A stretch of 64,000 bases of DNA from an uncultured Hippea sp. (GCA_913009315.1 CAJVZA010000001.1:332-64331); one strand, 5' to 3'; shown: positions 51,071-61,989, counted from the stretch's first letter. Translations and numbers: made by a program. The notes: generated by a model not told the origin, from the sequence alone.

Positions 51071-51160
51071 AACAAATAGAAGTTGTCCACCGATAGAAAG
51101 CGCTTATTTTAAGCTATTGATAGTATTGCATCAATCTTCTGCCTGCAATTCCGGATCTTT

Positions 51161-51185
51161 TTGTTGTGCAGTGGTCTCATAATTC
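51161..51185. repeat. Solo repeat end (TTGTTGTGCAGTGGTCTCATAATTC)
   Basis: Read directly. Confidence 0.55.
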
Positions 51186-51205
51186 AATAAATTCCCGGTA
51201 TGCCT

Positions 51206-52492
51206 TTAATGCCTTTTTCTTGCCTCAAATTTTAGTCTGTCTCTAAATTTCGGATGAGCAATATTTATCAGCTCATCAGTTCTTTCCTTCAAAGTTTTTC
51301 CAAAAAGATTTACCGCACCATATTCAGTCACTATCCAGCATACATCTGCTCGTGTAGTCACAACTCCCGAGCCGTTCAGAAGGTTTGGAACGATCCGGCT
51401 TACCGTTCCATGTTTTGCCAGGCTCGGGAACGCTATTATCGGAACGCCTCCTTCGCTTTCCGTGGCACCTCTGATAAAATCAAGTTGTCCTCCAAAGCCG
51501 CTGTATATATAGCTTCCTATTGAATCAGAACATACTTGACCGGTCAGATCTACCGATACTGCCGAATTTATCGCAACCGTATCTGGATTTTGGGCTATTA
51601 TGAACGGATCGTTTACATAGTCGACGGGGTGAATTTCAAAAAGGGGATTATCGTTTACATAATCATAAAGATTTTTACTCCCCATTATAAATGTGCAGAT
51701 GATTTTCCCTCTGTGAAGTTTCTTTTTGTTTCCTGTTATTATTCCCTTTTCTACGGCGTTGACTATTCCTTCTGTAGCCATTTCCGTATGTATGCCGATA
51801 TCTTTTTTACCATCTAATGAAGATAGCACGGCATCAGGTATTGCTCCGATTCCAAGCTGCAGCGTTGAACCGTCCTTTATGAGGTCGGCAATAGTGAGTC
51901 CTATATTTCGTTCAACATCGCCAAATGTTTTTGAATCAAGTGTTATAATTGATTCGTCTGCCTCAACAAATTGATCAACGCTTGAAACATGTATAAATGA
52001 ATCGCCCTGCACACGAGGCATCCTTCTGTTTACCTGACATATCACTTTTTTTGACCATTCTGCGGCAGCTTTGGATGCCAGAACCTCGACGCCAAGGCTT
52101 AAAAAACCATATTCATCCGGCATTGATGTATGCAGCAAGGCAACATCGGGAGGATTTTCCTTTATGGCTACAGGTATTCTGTGAAGATGAATAGGAATAT
52201 AGCCTAACTGCATATTAACCGCATCCCTGTCTGCGGATCCTACAAAAAACGCTTTGTGTATTATCCTGCCGTCTCTTTCTGACTGCTTCAGCCTGTCGCT
52301 GCCTGCAAGTACAGCGTGTGCAAGTGTTATATCTTTTAATTGATCGGAATCTGCATGTCTTGCGAGAGCGTCGAGCAAAACGGTTGGAGTAGCGGCGTTT
52401 CCGCTTACATATACCAGATTTCCCGATTTTATGGAGCTCACAGCTTCATCGGCGCTGACAATACCGCTTTTGTAGATAGACTGCCAATTCAT
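51206..52492 (-). CDS. Acetyl-CoA hydrolase/transferase family protein
   Basis: CoA-transferase fold. The start at 52492 gives an ATGA overlap with the ald stop. Confidence 0.75.
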   Translation of the reverse strand: MNWQSIYKSGIVSADEAVSSIKSGNLVYVSGNAATPTVLLDALARHADSDQLKDITLAHAVLAGSDRLKQSERDGRIIHKAFFVGSADRDAVNMQLGYIPIHLHRIPVAIKENPPDVALLHTSMPDEYGFLSLGVEVLASKAAAEWSKKVICQVNRRMPRVQGDSFIHVSSVDQFVEADESIITLDSKTFGDVERNIGLTIADLIKDGSTLQLGIGAIPDAVLSSLDGKKDIGIHTEMATEGIVNAVEKGIITGNKKKLHRGKIICTFIMGSKNLYDYVNDNPLFEIHPVDYVNDPFIIAQNPDTVAINSAVSVDLTGQVCSDSIGSYIYSGFGGQLDFIRGATESEGGVPIIAFPSLAKHGTVSRIVPNLLNGSGVVTTRADVCWIVTEYGAVNLFGKTLKERTDELINIAHPKFRDRLKFEARKRH

Positions 52493-53535
52493 AGCCTTCT
52501 CCCATTGTATATATAACATGCATGGTAAAGTTTGTCTTTTAAATCAGCAGCAGATCTCAAAATTGGAATAATAGCAAGTGTTAGTGCTTTGGATGTTGTT
52601 CTCGAAACCATTGCCGGAGCGTTCGGTATGGACAGATATGTAATGCCATCTTCAACAAAAGGATCTATATGAGCGCCTCTTGCTCTTGTAACTTCCGTTG
52701 CGCCGCCCTGATCAATGGCAAAATCTATCACAACCGTTCCCCTGCGCATCCGTCTGGCCATTTGTTTATCAATAATAATAGGTGGAATATCTCCGGGAAC
52801 AAGAACAGACAGCACAACGACATCAGCAAACTTAATATATCTTTCGATTGCATGTTTAGTTGCTACTGAAGTAATGATGCGTCCATTCATAAAATGAGAA
52901 ACATATTCCAATCTGTCAGCATTTTTATCGAGCAGATGAACTGTAGCGCCCGCTCCGGACAAGCTTTCGGCAGCATAACTTCCAAGCGTTCCTGCTCCTA
53001 TAATTACAACATCGGCAGGCGGAATTCCAGGTATTCCCCCAAGCAGTTTCCCAAAAGAATTGCTGCCCGACTCAAGCAATTTACCTGCTATCTGAGAAGT
53101 AAGTCTGCCGGCAATCTTACTTTGAGAAGCAAGAATTGGACGATAATTCGGCTTACTTTCATATAACTCATAACCAAAAGCCGTGATACCTTTTTTCATA
53201 AGCTTTTCAATATAGTCTTTAGGTGCGGTTACAAGATGCCAAAACGCACATATTACGCAATTTTGAGGTATAAAATCAAGCTCTTTTTCTGTTGGTCTTT
53301 TTATCTTGAGAATCACATCAGAACGTCCATATAACTCTTGAGTACTATAGACGATCTTTGCGCCTTCTTTACTGTAATCGTCGTTGGTGTAACCGGAATT
53401 AAGCCCTGCTTTGCTCTCCACAAAAACCGATATATTCTGTTCTGTCAATTCTCTTACCCCGGCCGGGGTAAGCCCAACTCTGCCTTCCCTCAGGTAACCC
53501 CTGCTTTCGGATTCTCTGGGAATACCAAATCTCAT
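52489..53535 (-). CDS. ald: Alanine dehydrogenase (AlaDH/PNT family)
   Basis: MRFGIPRE... N-terminus; GAGTLG NAD motif. Confidence 0.75.
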   Translation of the reverse strand: MRFGIPRESESRGYLREGRVGLTPAGVRELTEQNISVFVESKAGLNSGYTNDDYSKEGAKIVYSTQELYGRSDVILKIKRPTEKELDFIPQNCVICAFWHLVTAPKDYIEKLMKKGITAFGYELYESKPNYRPILASQSKIAGRLTSQIAGKLLESGSNSFGKLLGGIPGIPPADVVIIGAGTLGSYAAESLSGAGATVHLLDKNADRLEYVSHFMNGRIITSVATKHAIERYIKFADVVVLSVLVPGDIPPIIIDKQMARRMRRGTVVIDFAIDQGGATEVTRARGAHIDPFVEDGITYLSIPNAPAMVSRTTSKALTLAIIPILRSAADLKDKLYHACYIYNGRRL

Positions 53536-53704
53536 ACGACCTCCCTATTGCATTTTCCGGTCAATCCTGTCCGGCAATGTGTTTATATAGGTTAAATCAA
53601 GGATAGCCGATAAGCGAGACTATCTTGAACTTCAAATAGTTTCTTTGTTTGTTGCAAATTATTAGGCGGCAGCGGAGCCATCATTATCTGTAATTTGCAC
53701 CTCA

Positions 53705-53782
53705 TATCGAATTTGGATTCTCAATTCAGACGCTCGGAATTAATAAAGCTGCCCTTAATTGTGCAGCCGGTCTCATTATTCC
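53705..53782 (-). repeat. Reverse-oriented partial copy of the repeat (variant end TTAATTGTGCAGCCGGTCTCATTATTCC)
   Basis: Read directly. Homologous to copy 1's end plus the first about 70 bp of its internal block. Confidence 0.55.
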
Positions 53783-53873
53783 GGTTCAGTCTATTGCCAT
53801 ACATTCAATTTATCGATGCCGGTAATTTCTATCGATGCGAAGTATTGTCTATGCGCAATTCCGATTTAACGCT

Positions 53874-54095
53874 TTATTGCAGGGTAAACCCCATATCATC
53901 TATCACTTTATCAATGCGCTTTTTTGTCTGATCTTCGCCGTCATATCGAATAGTCCATGCTGCGCCTTCATAGTCGCCTTCCACGCCTTCCACGCCTCTG
54001 ATTCGTTTAAACGCCTTTGTTACCGTAAAAAAGAGCATCGACCATCCGCATAGTTCGCAAAGCGAATGTTCCCTTCTGACTGTTATCTCTTTCAT
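53874..54095 (-). CDS. Small HMA-like (CopZ-type fold) protein with a variant CELC motif
   Basis: 74 aa. CxxC followed by a ...GVEGV..G.A...YD......I...I.D.GF pattern. GGAAGGTG RBS. The track ORF is extended to 54248. Confidence 0.45.
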   Translation of the reverse strand: MKEITVRREHSLCELCGWSMLFFTVTKAFKRIRGVEGVEGDYEGAAWTIRYDGEDQTKKRIDKVIDDMGFTLQ

Positions 54096-54124
54096 AATTA
54101 TCACCTTCCCGCAATTTTTTTGCT

Positions 54125-54246
54125 TTAAGATACATCTATTAATTCTAAGCGTTTCAGATTGAGAGTCCAGTCTATCAAGACGTAAATTGAGGACAGCAGC
54201 AGAACTATATTGCCTGACTGCCTGCAATCTGCAACGCACAGGCGGC
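54125..54246 (+). repeat. Forward partial copy of the repeat's internal block, upstream of the HMA-like gene
   Basis: Shares 'ATTGAGAGTCCA' and a GC-rich hairpin block with copy 1. Confidence 0.5.
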
Positions 54247-54325
54247 ATTCGGGACTAGAAGTGATCATTTATGGGCAACATGGGCGCTTTTATTATCCAA
54301 ACAAATCCCGTTTATAACACAATAT

Positions 54326-54958
54326 TTACAAATCTTTGCAAAACTCAGAAAAACCTTTTAGAAACAGGTTTACTGTAGCAGTTTTTGGTGTAATCATCGA
54401 TTCAACTACTGTTTTTTTGCCGTCGTTATAGATGCTGCAGCTTTTTATTGATCTGTTTTGTTTCAAGAACTTTATCACCTTTTCGTCTATTTTAGAGCAA
54501 TTGCCTTTTTTATGCATAATATACGTGACATTTCCAACGGCAATGTTTTCTTTCCTGAATAAATCCCCATATATCTTTTTATCATAACCCCATGTGCCTT
54601 TTTTACGAAAATGCATTTCACAGGGAAGCTGTTTTTCTAAGATGTAGCTCATAAAAAATCTGTCGTATCTTGTTAACAACAATGATATCGGAATCCAAAA
54701 AGGTGATTGTCTCGGAAGAAGCGTTAACATCGTGCGGCATTTCCCGGCAAAACCGTCTTTGAGAATGTAACTTGCTTTATAACCGATTTCACCGCCGATC
54801 CATACATAATTTTGATCAACAGGTTTCAAAAATTCTTCGGTAATTTTCCCAATTCTGCGTGCCATACTGAGATTTTTTCTTCTGCCCCAGAAGAATCCAA
54901 GAGATGCAACGCCTGCCAGTAAAACTATGCCTATAAAATAGAGCTCTCGAGATAACAT
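54326..54958 (-). CDS. Hypothetical membrane-anchored protein
   Basis: N-terminal TM; no recognisable domain. Confidence 0.4.
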   Translation of the reverse strand: MLSRELYFIGIVLLAGVASLGFFWGRRKNLSMARRIGKITEEFLKPVDQNYVWIGGEIGYKASYILKDGFAGKCRTMLTLLPRQSPFWIPISLLLTRYDRFFMSYILEKQLPCEMHFRKKGTWGYDKKIYGDLFRKENIAVGNVTYIMHKKGNCSKIDEKVIKFLKQNRSIKSCSIYNDGKKTVVESMITPKTATVNLFLKGFSEFCKDL

Positions 54959-55234
54959 TCGGCAATTATATATTCAAGTTTGCGGAAAAGCAATAAAGAT
55001 GTTCTTTGCCGTGAGAATTTCCATATCTGCTTCTGTTGTCTAAAGCAATTTGGAGATAGGCGGTTAATAAAAAGTTTATTACGGCTTGACAACAAAAGGT
55101 TTTATAACTAACCTATTGTGTTATATAGAACTTAAGGAGGGTATCTGAATTAATTTAATGGGTTCGGTTCTGCGAAATAAGATTTGCTTGCAAGACGAAT
55201 GCGATGCAGGCAATATTAACTTTAGGAGGTGAAT

Positions 55235-56971
55235 ATGAATACCGCATTCCTGATTATTCTGGCTTTGCTTATCTATTTTGCTGCATATAGGATATACGGC
55301 AAAGGAATTTCCAAAAATTTGGTTAAAATTGATGATTCGAAAAAAACTCCGGCTGTGGTTCTTAATGATAACGTTGATTATGTACCTACAAACAAATGGG
55401 TTTTATTCGGTCACCATTTTGCTTCCATAGCAGGTGCTGCTCCTATTATCGGACCTGCGATTGCGCTCGCATGGGGCTGGATTCCGGCTATCTTGTGGAT
55501 ATGGTTCGGCAACGTATTTATTGGAATGGTGCATGATTACCTTTCATTGATGGCATCGGTAAGAAAGAAAGGCAAATCGATCGCATGGATTGCCGGAGAA
55601 CTCACCAACAGAGGTACCGGATATCTGTTCAGCTGGTTTATTTTCGTAACGCTGATACTGATTGTTGCGGCATTTGGTGCTGTAATGGGCATAATATTCA
55701 TTAAAGAACCTGCGGTTCCTACAGCTTTTATTCTGTTTATTGGAGCCGCCGTTATAATGGGCTTGTTGACTTACAAAGCAAAAATGAATTTCACGATTGC
55801 CACAATTATAGGCTTAATACTCATAATTTTGTCAATCTGGATCGGCCTTTTATATCCTATCAATGCATCTTTCCACACATGGATGATAGCCGTTCTAATC
55901 TATATTATTATAGCGGCTGCTCTGCCTGTCTGGATACTTATGCAGCCGAGAGACTATCTGAATTCATATATATTGTATTTTGGTCTTGCAGTCGGCGGAC
56001 TCTCTCTAATAATTGTCGGTCTTACCGGCGGCGGTCATCTTCTTATGCCCGGATACACAAGCTGGAGTGCAGCTGTTGTTGCAGGCAAACCAAGCCCGTT
56101 CTGGCCGGTTATTCCTCTTATAATTGCATGCGGATCGTTGTCCGGATTCCACTCATTGGTTTCATCGGGCACCAGTTCCAAGCAGCTTGATAAGGAATCA
56201 AGCGGCGCATTGATTGGAGCAGGTGCAATGCTTACCGAAGGTTTTCTTTCAACGATAGTTATTGGTTCGATAGCGGCATTCGGTTTGACCGTTTTAGGTG
56301 AACATGCAAAGACATTACTCACATCTGCAGCAAATTTCGGAGCTCATTATACGAGTACACTAAAATTTGCCGGCGGACCCGTTGGAATGTTTACAAAATC
56401 ATATGGTTTGGCAGCAAAGGCCGGTTTAGGTTTGCCTGTTCATGCAATGGCGGTTTTTGCCGGTTTATGGGTTGCGGCATTTGCTATGACTACGCTTGAT
56501 ACCTGCAACAGACTTGGACGATTTACCTGGGCAGAGTTGTGGGCACCAATGAAAGAAGGTACATTTCATGATTTTATAACAAGTAAATGGATAGGATCCA
56601 TACCAACCGCAGCTATAGGAATATGGCTTGCATGGGGCGGAGCATGGAAAATTATCTGGCCTGCTTTTGGCGGAGCGAATCAAACATTGGCAAGTATAGC
56701 TCTTTTGACTGTGGCTCTTTGGGCTATCAAGGAATTAAACACAACAACGGGATATAAAATTGCCATAGTTGCCCCTGCTTTCTTTTTGTGGATTACACTT
56801 ACACTTGCCCTCCTCTGGTATCTATTTACCGTCATTCCGGTATTTCTGCATAAATCTGTCGCACAAGGATGGATTATTAGTTTGGCAGTGGTTGTTATGC
56901 TAGCCCTTAACGGTGTATTAATGTATTCATTTTTGAAAGCATTGAAGAAATCTCCTCAGTCTGCAGCATAA
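55235..56971 (+). CDS. cstA: Carbon starvation protein CstA (peptide/pyruvate transporter family)
   Basis: About 16 TM helices with CstA motifs. AGGAGG RBS before ATG 55235. Confidence 0.85.
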   Translation: MNTAFLIILALLIYFAAYRIYGKGISKNLVKIDDSKKTPAVVLNDNVDYVPTNKWVLFGHHFASIAGAAPIIGPAIALAWGWIPAILWIWFGNVFIGMVHDYLSLMASVRKKGKSIAWIAGELTNRGTGYLFSWFIFVTLILIVAAFGAVMGIIFIKEPAVPTAFILFIGAAVIMGLLTYKAKMNFTIATIIGLILIILSIWIGLLYPINASFHTWMIAVLIYIIIAAALPVWILMQPRDYLNSYILYFGLAVGGLSLIIVGLTGGGHLLMPGYTSWSAAVVAGKPSPFWPVIPLIIACGSLSGFHSLVSSGTSSKQLDKESSGALIGAGAMLTEGFLSTIVIGSIAAFGLTVLGEHAKTLLTSAANFGAHYTSTLKFAGGPVGMFTKSYGLAAKAGLGLPVHAMAVFAGLWVAAFAMTTLDTCNRLGRFTWAELWAPMKEGTFHDFITSKWIGSIPTAAIGIWLAWGGAWKIIWPAFGGANQTLASIALLTVALWAIKELNTTTGYKIAIVAPAFFLWITLTLALLWYLFTVIPVFLHKSVAQGWIISLAVVVMLALNGVLMYSFLKALKKSPQSAA

Positions 56972-57231
56972 TGGAACTTAAAGCAATCTGGAAACTCTTT
57001 TCATCGATAGCATACAGTAAAGCTACAGATGATCTGCGCTTCGTTCTCGCTGAAAGAGAAGCCGGATTTGCGCTGGTACTTTTCGGTTTTCTGGTGGGGC
57101 TTCCGGCTCCACCGGCCGGAATAACACTCAGGCTGCTCCCGTTCATGGAAAACGATGTAAAGCGTTTGAAAATCAGAGATGCATCGATGGATGATATATT
57201 CGGTGACCTTGCCGGAATGTTAATGGGATGA
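56971..57231 (+). CDS. Small hypothetical protein translationally coupled to cstA and the ATPase
   Basis: TAATG overlap with cstA and ATGA overlap with the next gene. Confidence 0.4.
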   Translation: MELKAIWKLFSSIAYSKATDDLRFVLAEREAGFALVLFGFLVGLPAPPAGITLRLLPFMENDVKRLKIRDASMDDIFGDLAGMLMG

Positions 57232-58130
57232 TCTACTTTTTTTTCGGTAAAGGAGGCGTAGGCAAGACAACAAATGCAGCAATAAATGCTCTGCAGTTAT
57301 CAAGAAGCCGCAAAGTCTTGATTGTATCGGCGGATCCTGCACACAATCTCGGCGATGTTTTTGACATTAAATTGGGGCATAAACCGATAAGAATTGCTGA
57401 AAATCTCGATGCTTGCGAAATTGATTACAAAAAGGTCGTTGACGAATATCTGAAACGGATAACCGCCAAAATCAAGAGACAATATAAGTATCTTGCAGCT
57501 TTCAACCTTGACGGTTCTTTGAATGTTCTCAGGTTTTCGCCTGGTGTCGAGGAGGATGCTCTTTTGAGGGCAATATGGAGACTCGTCAACATAGATATTT
57601 ACGATGATGTCATAATAGACCTTCCTCCTACAGGTCTTGCGCTGCGAATTATGGCGCTTCCGGTGATAAATCGCGTATGGCTGAATAAGCTGCTGAAGGC
57701 GAGAAAAAAAATAGTTGATATAAGAGAATCATTGGAAAATATGAAACCTGTTTTTTTGGACGAGTCATCAAAAGATAAAAATCATACAGACAAGGTTTAT
57801 AACGAACTTGAAAAAATAGAAAAAGAAAATATGATGATTTATAATCGTTTTGCAGATCCTGAATTCTCTTCTATATTTATCGTAATGAACATAGATAAGC
57901 TTTCCTATGCCGAAACCATTAGAACATTGGAAGGATTAAAAGAGCTTAAAATTTCGGCAAAAACCATTATCGTGAATCGCTATACCGATTCAGACGCAAA
58001 CAGCTGTCCTGACATTATGCATGATATAAAAAAATCTTTTTCGAAATATTCCATCAAAGCTCTTCCGTATAGAGAACATGGAATTATAGGTATCGAACAG
58101 TTAAACTCTGCAAAATATTTTTCTATATAA
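57228..58130 (+). CDS. ArsA/GET3-family P-loop ATPase (short form)
   Basis: GKGGVGKTT deviant Walker A. Confidence 0.65.
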   Translation: MIYFFFGKGGVGKTTNAAINALQLSRSRKVLIVSADPAHNLGDVFDIKLGHKPIRIAENLDACEIDYKKVVDEYLKRITAKIKRQYKYLAAFNLDGSLNVLRFSPGVEEDALLRAIWRLVNIDIYDDVIIDLPPTGLALRIMALPVINRVWLNKLLKARKKIVDIRESLENMKPVFLDESSKDKNHTDKVYNELEKIEKENMMIYNRFADPEFSSIFIVMNIDKLSYAETIRTLEGLKELKISAKTIIVNRYTDSDANSCPDIMHDIKKSFSKYSIKALPYREHGIIGIEQLNSAKYFSI

Positions 58131-58136
58131 CGCTGT

Positions 58137-58178
58137 TAGAGATTCCTCTGCCATTGCAAAGGAATCTCTAATTTGTTA
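58137..58178 (+). terminator. Rho-independent terminator (TAGAGATTCC..GGAATCTCTA, then a T-rich tail)
   Basis: 10-bp stem read directly. Confidence 0.55.
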
Positions 58179-58265
58179 CCGTTTATCGACTTTATTTTTA
58201 AGAAAATTTATGATGCATAGCCGTACTGCAGACAGGTTGAAAATCATAAACCGTTATTCTGATAT

Positions 58266-59048
58266 TCATACCTGCTTGCCGTTTAACGTAAGCTGCGTTA
58301 CATCTTTTTTTCTTTTGTCCTTAATGTAAATTACTGCAGAACGATTGTCCCCCTCTCGTCTTTCATCGATTTCGAAGAGTTTAGTGGCTCTTATAAGTTC
58401 GCCAAGTTTTTTATAGCCGTAATTTCTCGGATCAAATTCGGGAGTCTGATTTGCTATATTCCGACCTACTGTTGCAAGATGCGCCCATCCGCTCTCGTCG
58501 GAAGATGCTTCAAGAGCATTTCTCAATAAACGCACGAGTTTCGTATCCCGTTTAAGTTCATTTGCAGATTTGCGCCGGATCGATTCTTCTTCTTCATCAT
58601 CATCCTCAAAGCGCAGTAGTTCGGTGTAGATAAACTTATCACATGCAGCAACAAACGGTTCGGGTGTCTTACGTTCTCCGAAGCCATAAACAATCAAACC
58701 TGCTTCTCTGATTCTTGATGCCAGTTTTGTAAAATCACTGTCGCTTGAGACTATACAAAATCCATCGAACTTGTCGGTGTAAAGCAGATCCATCGCATCG
58801 ATTATCATAGCACTGTCTGTAGAATTTTTTCCATAGGTATAGCTAAACTGCTGAATAGGCTGTATTGAATATTTTAGCAATACGTCCTTCCATCCTTTTA
58901 AACCCGGAGTTGTCCAATCTCCATAAATTCTTTTTACGTTTGCCGTTCCATATTTTGCTATCTCAGCCATAAGGCCGCTTATTATAGTCGGCTGAGCATT
59001 GTCCGCATCAACTAATACAGCCAAATTTACAGTATCAATTTTAGCCAT
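58266..59048 (-). CDS. NYN-domain (LabA-like) protein with a C-terminal LOTUS/OST-HTH domain
   Basis: VLVDADNA and the NYN acidic residues. Confidence 0.65.
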   Translation of the reverse strand: MAKIDTVNLAVLVDADNAQPTIISGLMAEIAKYGTANVKRIYGDWTTPGLKGWKDVLLKYSIQPIQQFSYTYGKNSTDSAMIIDAMDLLYTDKFDGFCIVSSDSDFTKLASRIREAGLIVYGFGERKTPEPFVAACDKFIYTELLRFEDDDEEEESIRRKSANELKRDTKLVRLLRNALEASSDESGWAHLATVGRNIANQTPEFDPRNYGYKKLGELIRATKLFEIDERREGDNRSAVIYIKDKRKKDVTQLTLNGKQV

Positions 59049-59253
59049 TTTCCCTCCTGTATTGTTACCGGCACTCTTCGTTTTTTCAAAGTTGCCTTTA
59101 TTGCAGAGAATTAATGAGAATCACCGATAGTTTCAGACTTTTTCTTTTTACTTAACATATGCTTTCTTGGTATAAAGTAATTTATTATAAAAATCAAGTC
59201 AAATCGCACAATTTTATAAGCTGTTGAAAATATTTTCCACTCGATTATCATAG

Positions 59254-59709
59254 ATGACCATGAATAATAAACAAATAAAAGAGATAATAATCTATACCGA
59301 TGGAGCCTGCAGCGGAAATCCGGGCAGGGGCGGATATGCCGCCGTGATAAAATACAAAGACAGCAGGAAAATTGTAAAAGGGTTTGAAAAAAAGACAACA
59401 AACAATAAAATGGAACTTACGGCTGCTTTAAAGGCTTTGGAGATTATTAAGGAGTCATGCGAAATAAAACTGTACACAGACTCTGCATATTTAATAGGCG
59501 GAATTACCGGCTGGATAAAACAATGGCAAAAAAACGGCTGGAGAACCGCCGGAAAAAAGCCGGTGAAAAATAAAGAATTATGGGAAAAGCTATCATTTCT
59601 TAACGCGAAACATAATATTAGATGGATAAAGGTTTCAGGGCACAGCGGGGATGAACTTAACGAACTATGCGACAGGCTGGCAAAAGAACAGATAACCTCA
59701 ATTGAATAA
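59254..59709 (+). CDS. rnhA: Ribonuclease HI
   Basis: TDGACSGNPG motif; 151 aa. Confidence 0.85.
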   Translation: MTMNNKQIKEIIIYTDGACSGNPGRGGYAAVIKYKDSRKIVKGFEKKTTNNKMELTAALKALEIIKESCEIKLYTDSAYLIGGITGWIKQWQKNGWRTAGKKPVKNKELWEKLSFLNAKHNIRWIKVSGHSGDELNELCDRLAKEQITSIE

Positions 59710-61963
59710 AGAACAGCTTCAGGATTTAGACTATAGCGAATTTATCAGCTATCTGTCAAACTTTGCTCTGAGCGTGTACGGAAGAATGTCGATAATGAAT
59801 AGCAAGCCCGTATTTAATCGGGACAGACTTTCTGATAATCTTCAACTGACTGACGAACTATTTCGTCTTTTAGAAAATACGAATCTTAATATACCGCCGA
59901 TCGAAGACATTACTCCCATCATTAAAGAATCCGAAACGGGGGTGCTTTATCCAGAAAAAATTCAACTGATTATCGATTTCCAATCGGTAATAGGTTCGAT
60001 TTTTATTGACTGTGATGAGAAATACAAAAGAGCGCATCAATTTCTGGAGCAGCTTAAGCCTGTTGATAATCTCAAAATTTTGAGCTCTATAATTAAAGAC
60101 GGAAAAATCAGGCATGACGCAACAGAAAAACTCGCATCAATAATCTCAAAAATAGAAAGTCTAAAAAAGACAATATATCAGAAACAGTATAGTCTCATAA
60201 GAAGACTCAAACAATCGGATATCACGGCAACCGATGATGTTTTAATAAGGCAGGATAGATATTGCATAGTAATAAAAACGGCAAAAAGACACATGGTTAA
60301 GGGAATGCTGATCGATGTTTCCGGCTCGGGAGCGTCACTGTTTATCGATCCGAATGAAACAATAGAGCTGAACAACCGGCTTGCAATGTTAAGGGCAAAA
60401 GAAAGAGAGGAAAAACTAAAGATATTGTACATGTTGACCGAGAAAATCAGACATAACAGTGATAAGTTAAAAAAGCTTGCGGAGTATCTCGGAACATTAG
60501 ACAAAATCAATGCTTTCTATAGATATGCTGTAAAATACGGCTGTATGCTTCCCGAATACAGGCAAAAGATAAAAGGCTTCTTTCTCGATGGCGCGAGACA
60601 TCCGCTTCTTGTCTCATTAAAAAGCAATGTTGTTGCTAATGACATAAAACAGATCAGCAAGGCCGGAATGGTCATCAGCGGACCAAACGCCGGAGGCAAA
60701 ACGGTGCTGCTTAAAACGATTGGACTTTCCGTCCTCGCATTCTATTCTTCGATACCGATTCCCGTAAAAGCAAACAGCTGGATAGGCGATTATGACAATA
60801 TTTTTACAATATTCGGAAATAAGGAGAATATGGTCGAATCGCTATCCAACTTTTCAAGTAAACTTGTAAATTTAAAAGATATATTTGAAAATGCTACGGA
60901 TTCATCACTTGTGTTGATTGATGAGATAACAGAGGGAACTGATCCTGAAGCCGGAGGCAGCCTTGCAATATCCATCTTTAAATCGCTTCTGAAAAAAGGA
61001 GTTCATTTCGTTTCATCAACTCATCTTCCAGGAGTGTCCCTCTGGGCGGCAACAAGTGCTCCGGAAAACATAGAAATTGCAGGAGTAAATTTTGATAGAC
61101 GCACGCTTATGTCCACATATAAACTTGAGTATGGAAAGATTTCCGAAAGCCACACATTTGATATTGCAAGCAGATTTCTTCCAAAAGAAATAGTTGAGGC
61201 AGCTGCAAAAAACAATATATCTGCAGGAACAGGGTTAACGAAGGAGTTAATTGAAAAAATTGATATTTATAAACAAAAATTGAATGAATTGGAAACGATA
61301 ATCGAAAGGAAACGAAAAGAATCTGAAATTTTGTTCGGGGAAAGAAAAAGATGGTTAGAGGAAAAAGAAAAGATTCGTAAGCAAAAGATGTGTGAGATTG
61401 AGCGTATCATAAAAGAATCGGAACAGAAGATCAGATTACTTAAAAATATGCCTGAAATTCATAAAGAAATCGCCGCACTAAAGCAGATGAGCAGGGAAAA
61501 AACCGACGCGGCCATTCAAACTGAAAATTTTTCTGTCGGTCAGGCGGCAAAAATTAAAGGAACTTCCATTCGGGGAGAAATAGCTGAGATCAAGACAAAC
61601 AAGGTGAAGATAATCAGTTCCGGCAAAGAGATATGGATAGACAAAAAAGAGGCAATCAAAGCGGCATCGCAGCCGAAGTCCTCAACAAAAAAGATAAGCG
61701 TAACTTACCAGGAGACCGGCTACCAAATTTCATGCAATCTGATAGGAATGCATATAGACGAAGCCGAAGAGAAACTCATCAGATTCCTGGATAATGCAAT
61801 TTTGAATGATGCCGATACAGTGGTAATTGTTCATGGAATAGGCACAGGCGCGCTAAAAAAGATGGTGTCGGAGATACTGATAAAAAGTGATTTTATTGCC
61901 GATATTCGTATGGGAAAACCCAAGGAAGGCGGAGATGGAGTTACTATCGCAAAATTTAAATAA
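59702..61963 (+). CDS. mutS2: Endonuclease MutS2 (MutS ATPase plus C-terminal Smr)
   Basis: GPNAGGKT P-loop; Smr VHGIGTGALKK. Confidence 0.85.
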   Translation: MNKEQLQDLDYSEFISYLSNFALSVYGRMSIMNSKPVFNRDRLSDNLQLTDELFRLLENTNLNIPPIEDITPIIKESETGVLYPEKIQLIIDFQSVIGSIFIDCDEKYKRAHQFLEQLKPVDNLKILSSIIKDGKIRHDATEKLASIISKIESLKKTIYQKQYSLIRRLKQSDITATDDVLIRQDRYCIVIKTAKRHMVKGMLIDVSGSGASLFIDPNETIELNNRLAMLRAKEREEKLKILYMLTEKIRHNSDKLKKLAEYLGTLDKINAFYRYAVKYGCMLPEYRQKIKGFFLDGARHPLLVSLKSNVVANDIKQISKAGMVISGPNAGGKTVLLKTIGLSVLAFYSSIPIPVKANSWIGDYDNIFTIFGNKENMVESLSNFSSKLVNLKDIFENATDSSLVLIDEITEGTDPEAGGSLAISIFKSLLKKGVHFVSSTHLPGVSLWAATSAPENIEIAGVNFDRRTLMSTYKLEYGKISESHTFDIASRFLPKEIVEAAAKNNISAGTGLTKELIEKIDIYKQKLNELETIIERKRKESEILFGERKRWLEEKEKIRKQKMCEIERIIKESEQKIRLLKNMPEIHKEIAALKQMSREKTDAAIQTENFSVGQAAKIKGTSIRGEIAEIKTNKVKIISSGKEIWIDKKEAIKAASQPKSSTKKISVTYQETGYQISCNLIGMHIDEAEEKLIRFLDNAILNDADTVVIVHGIGTGALKKMVSEILIKSDFIADIRMGKPKEGGDGVTIAKFK

Positions 61964-61989
61964 CATCGCCTTGCCTGATTTTCTCCTCC

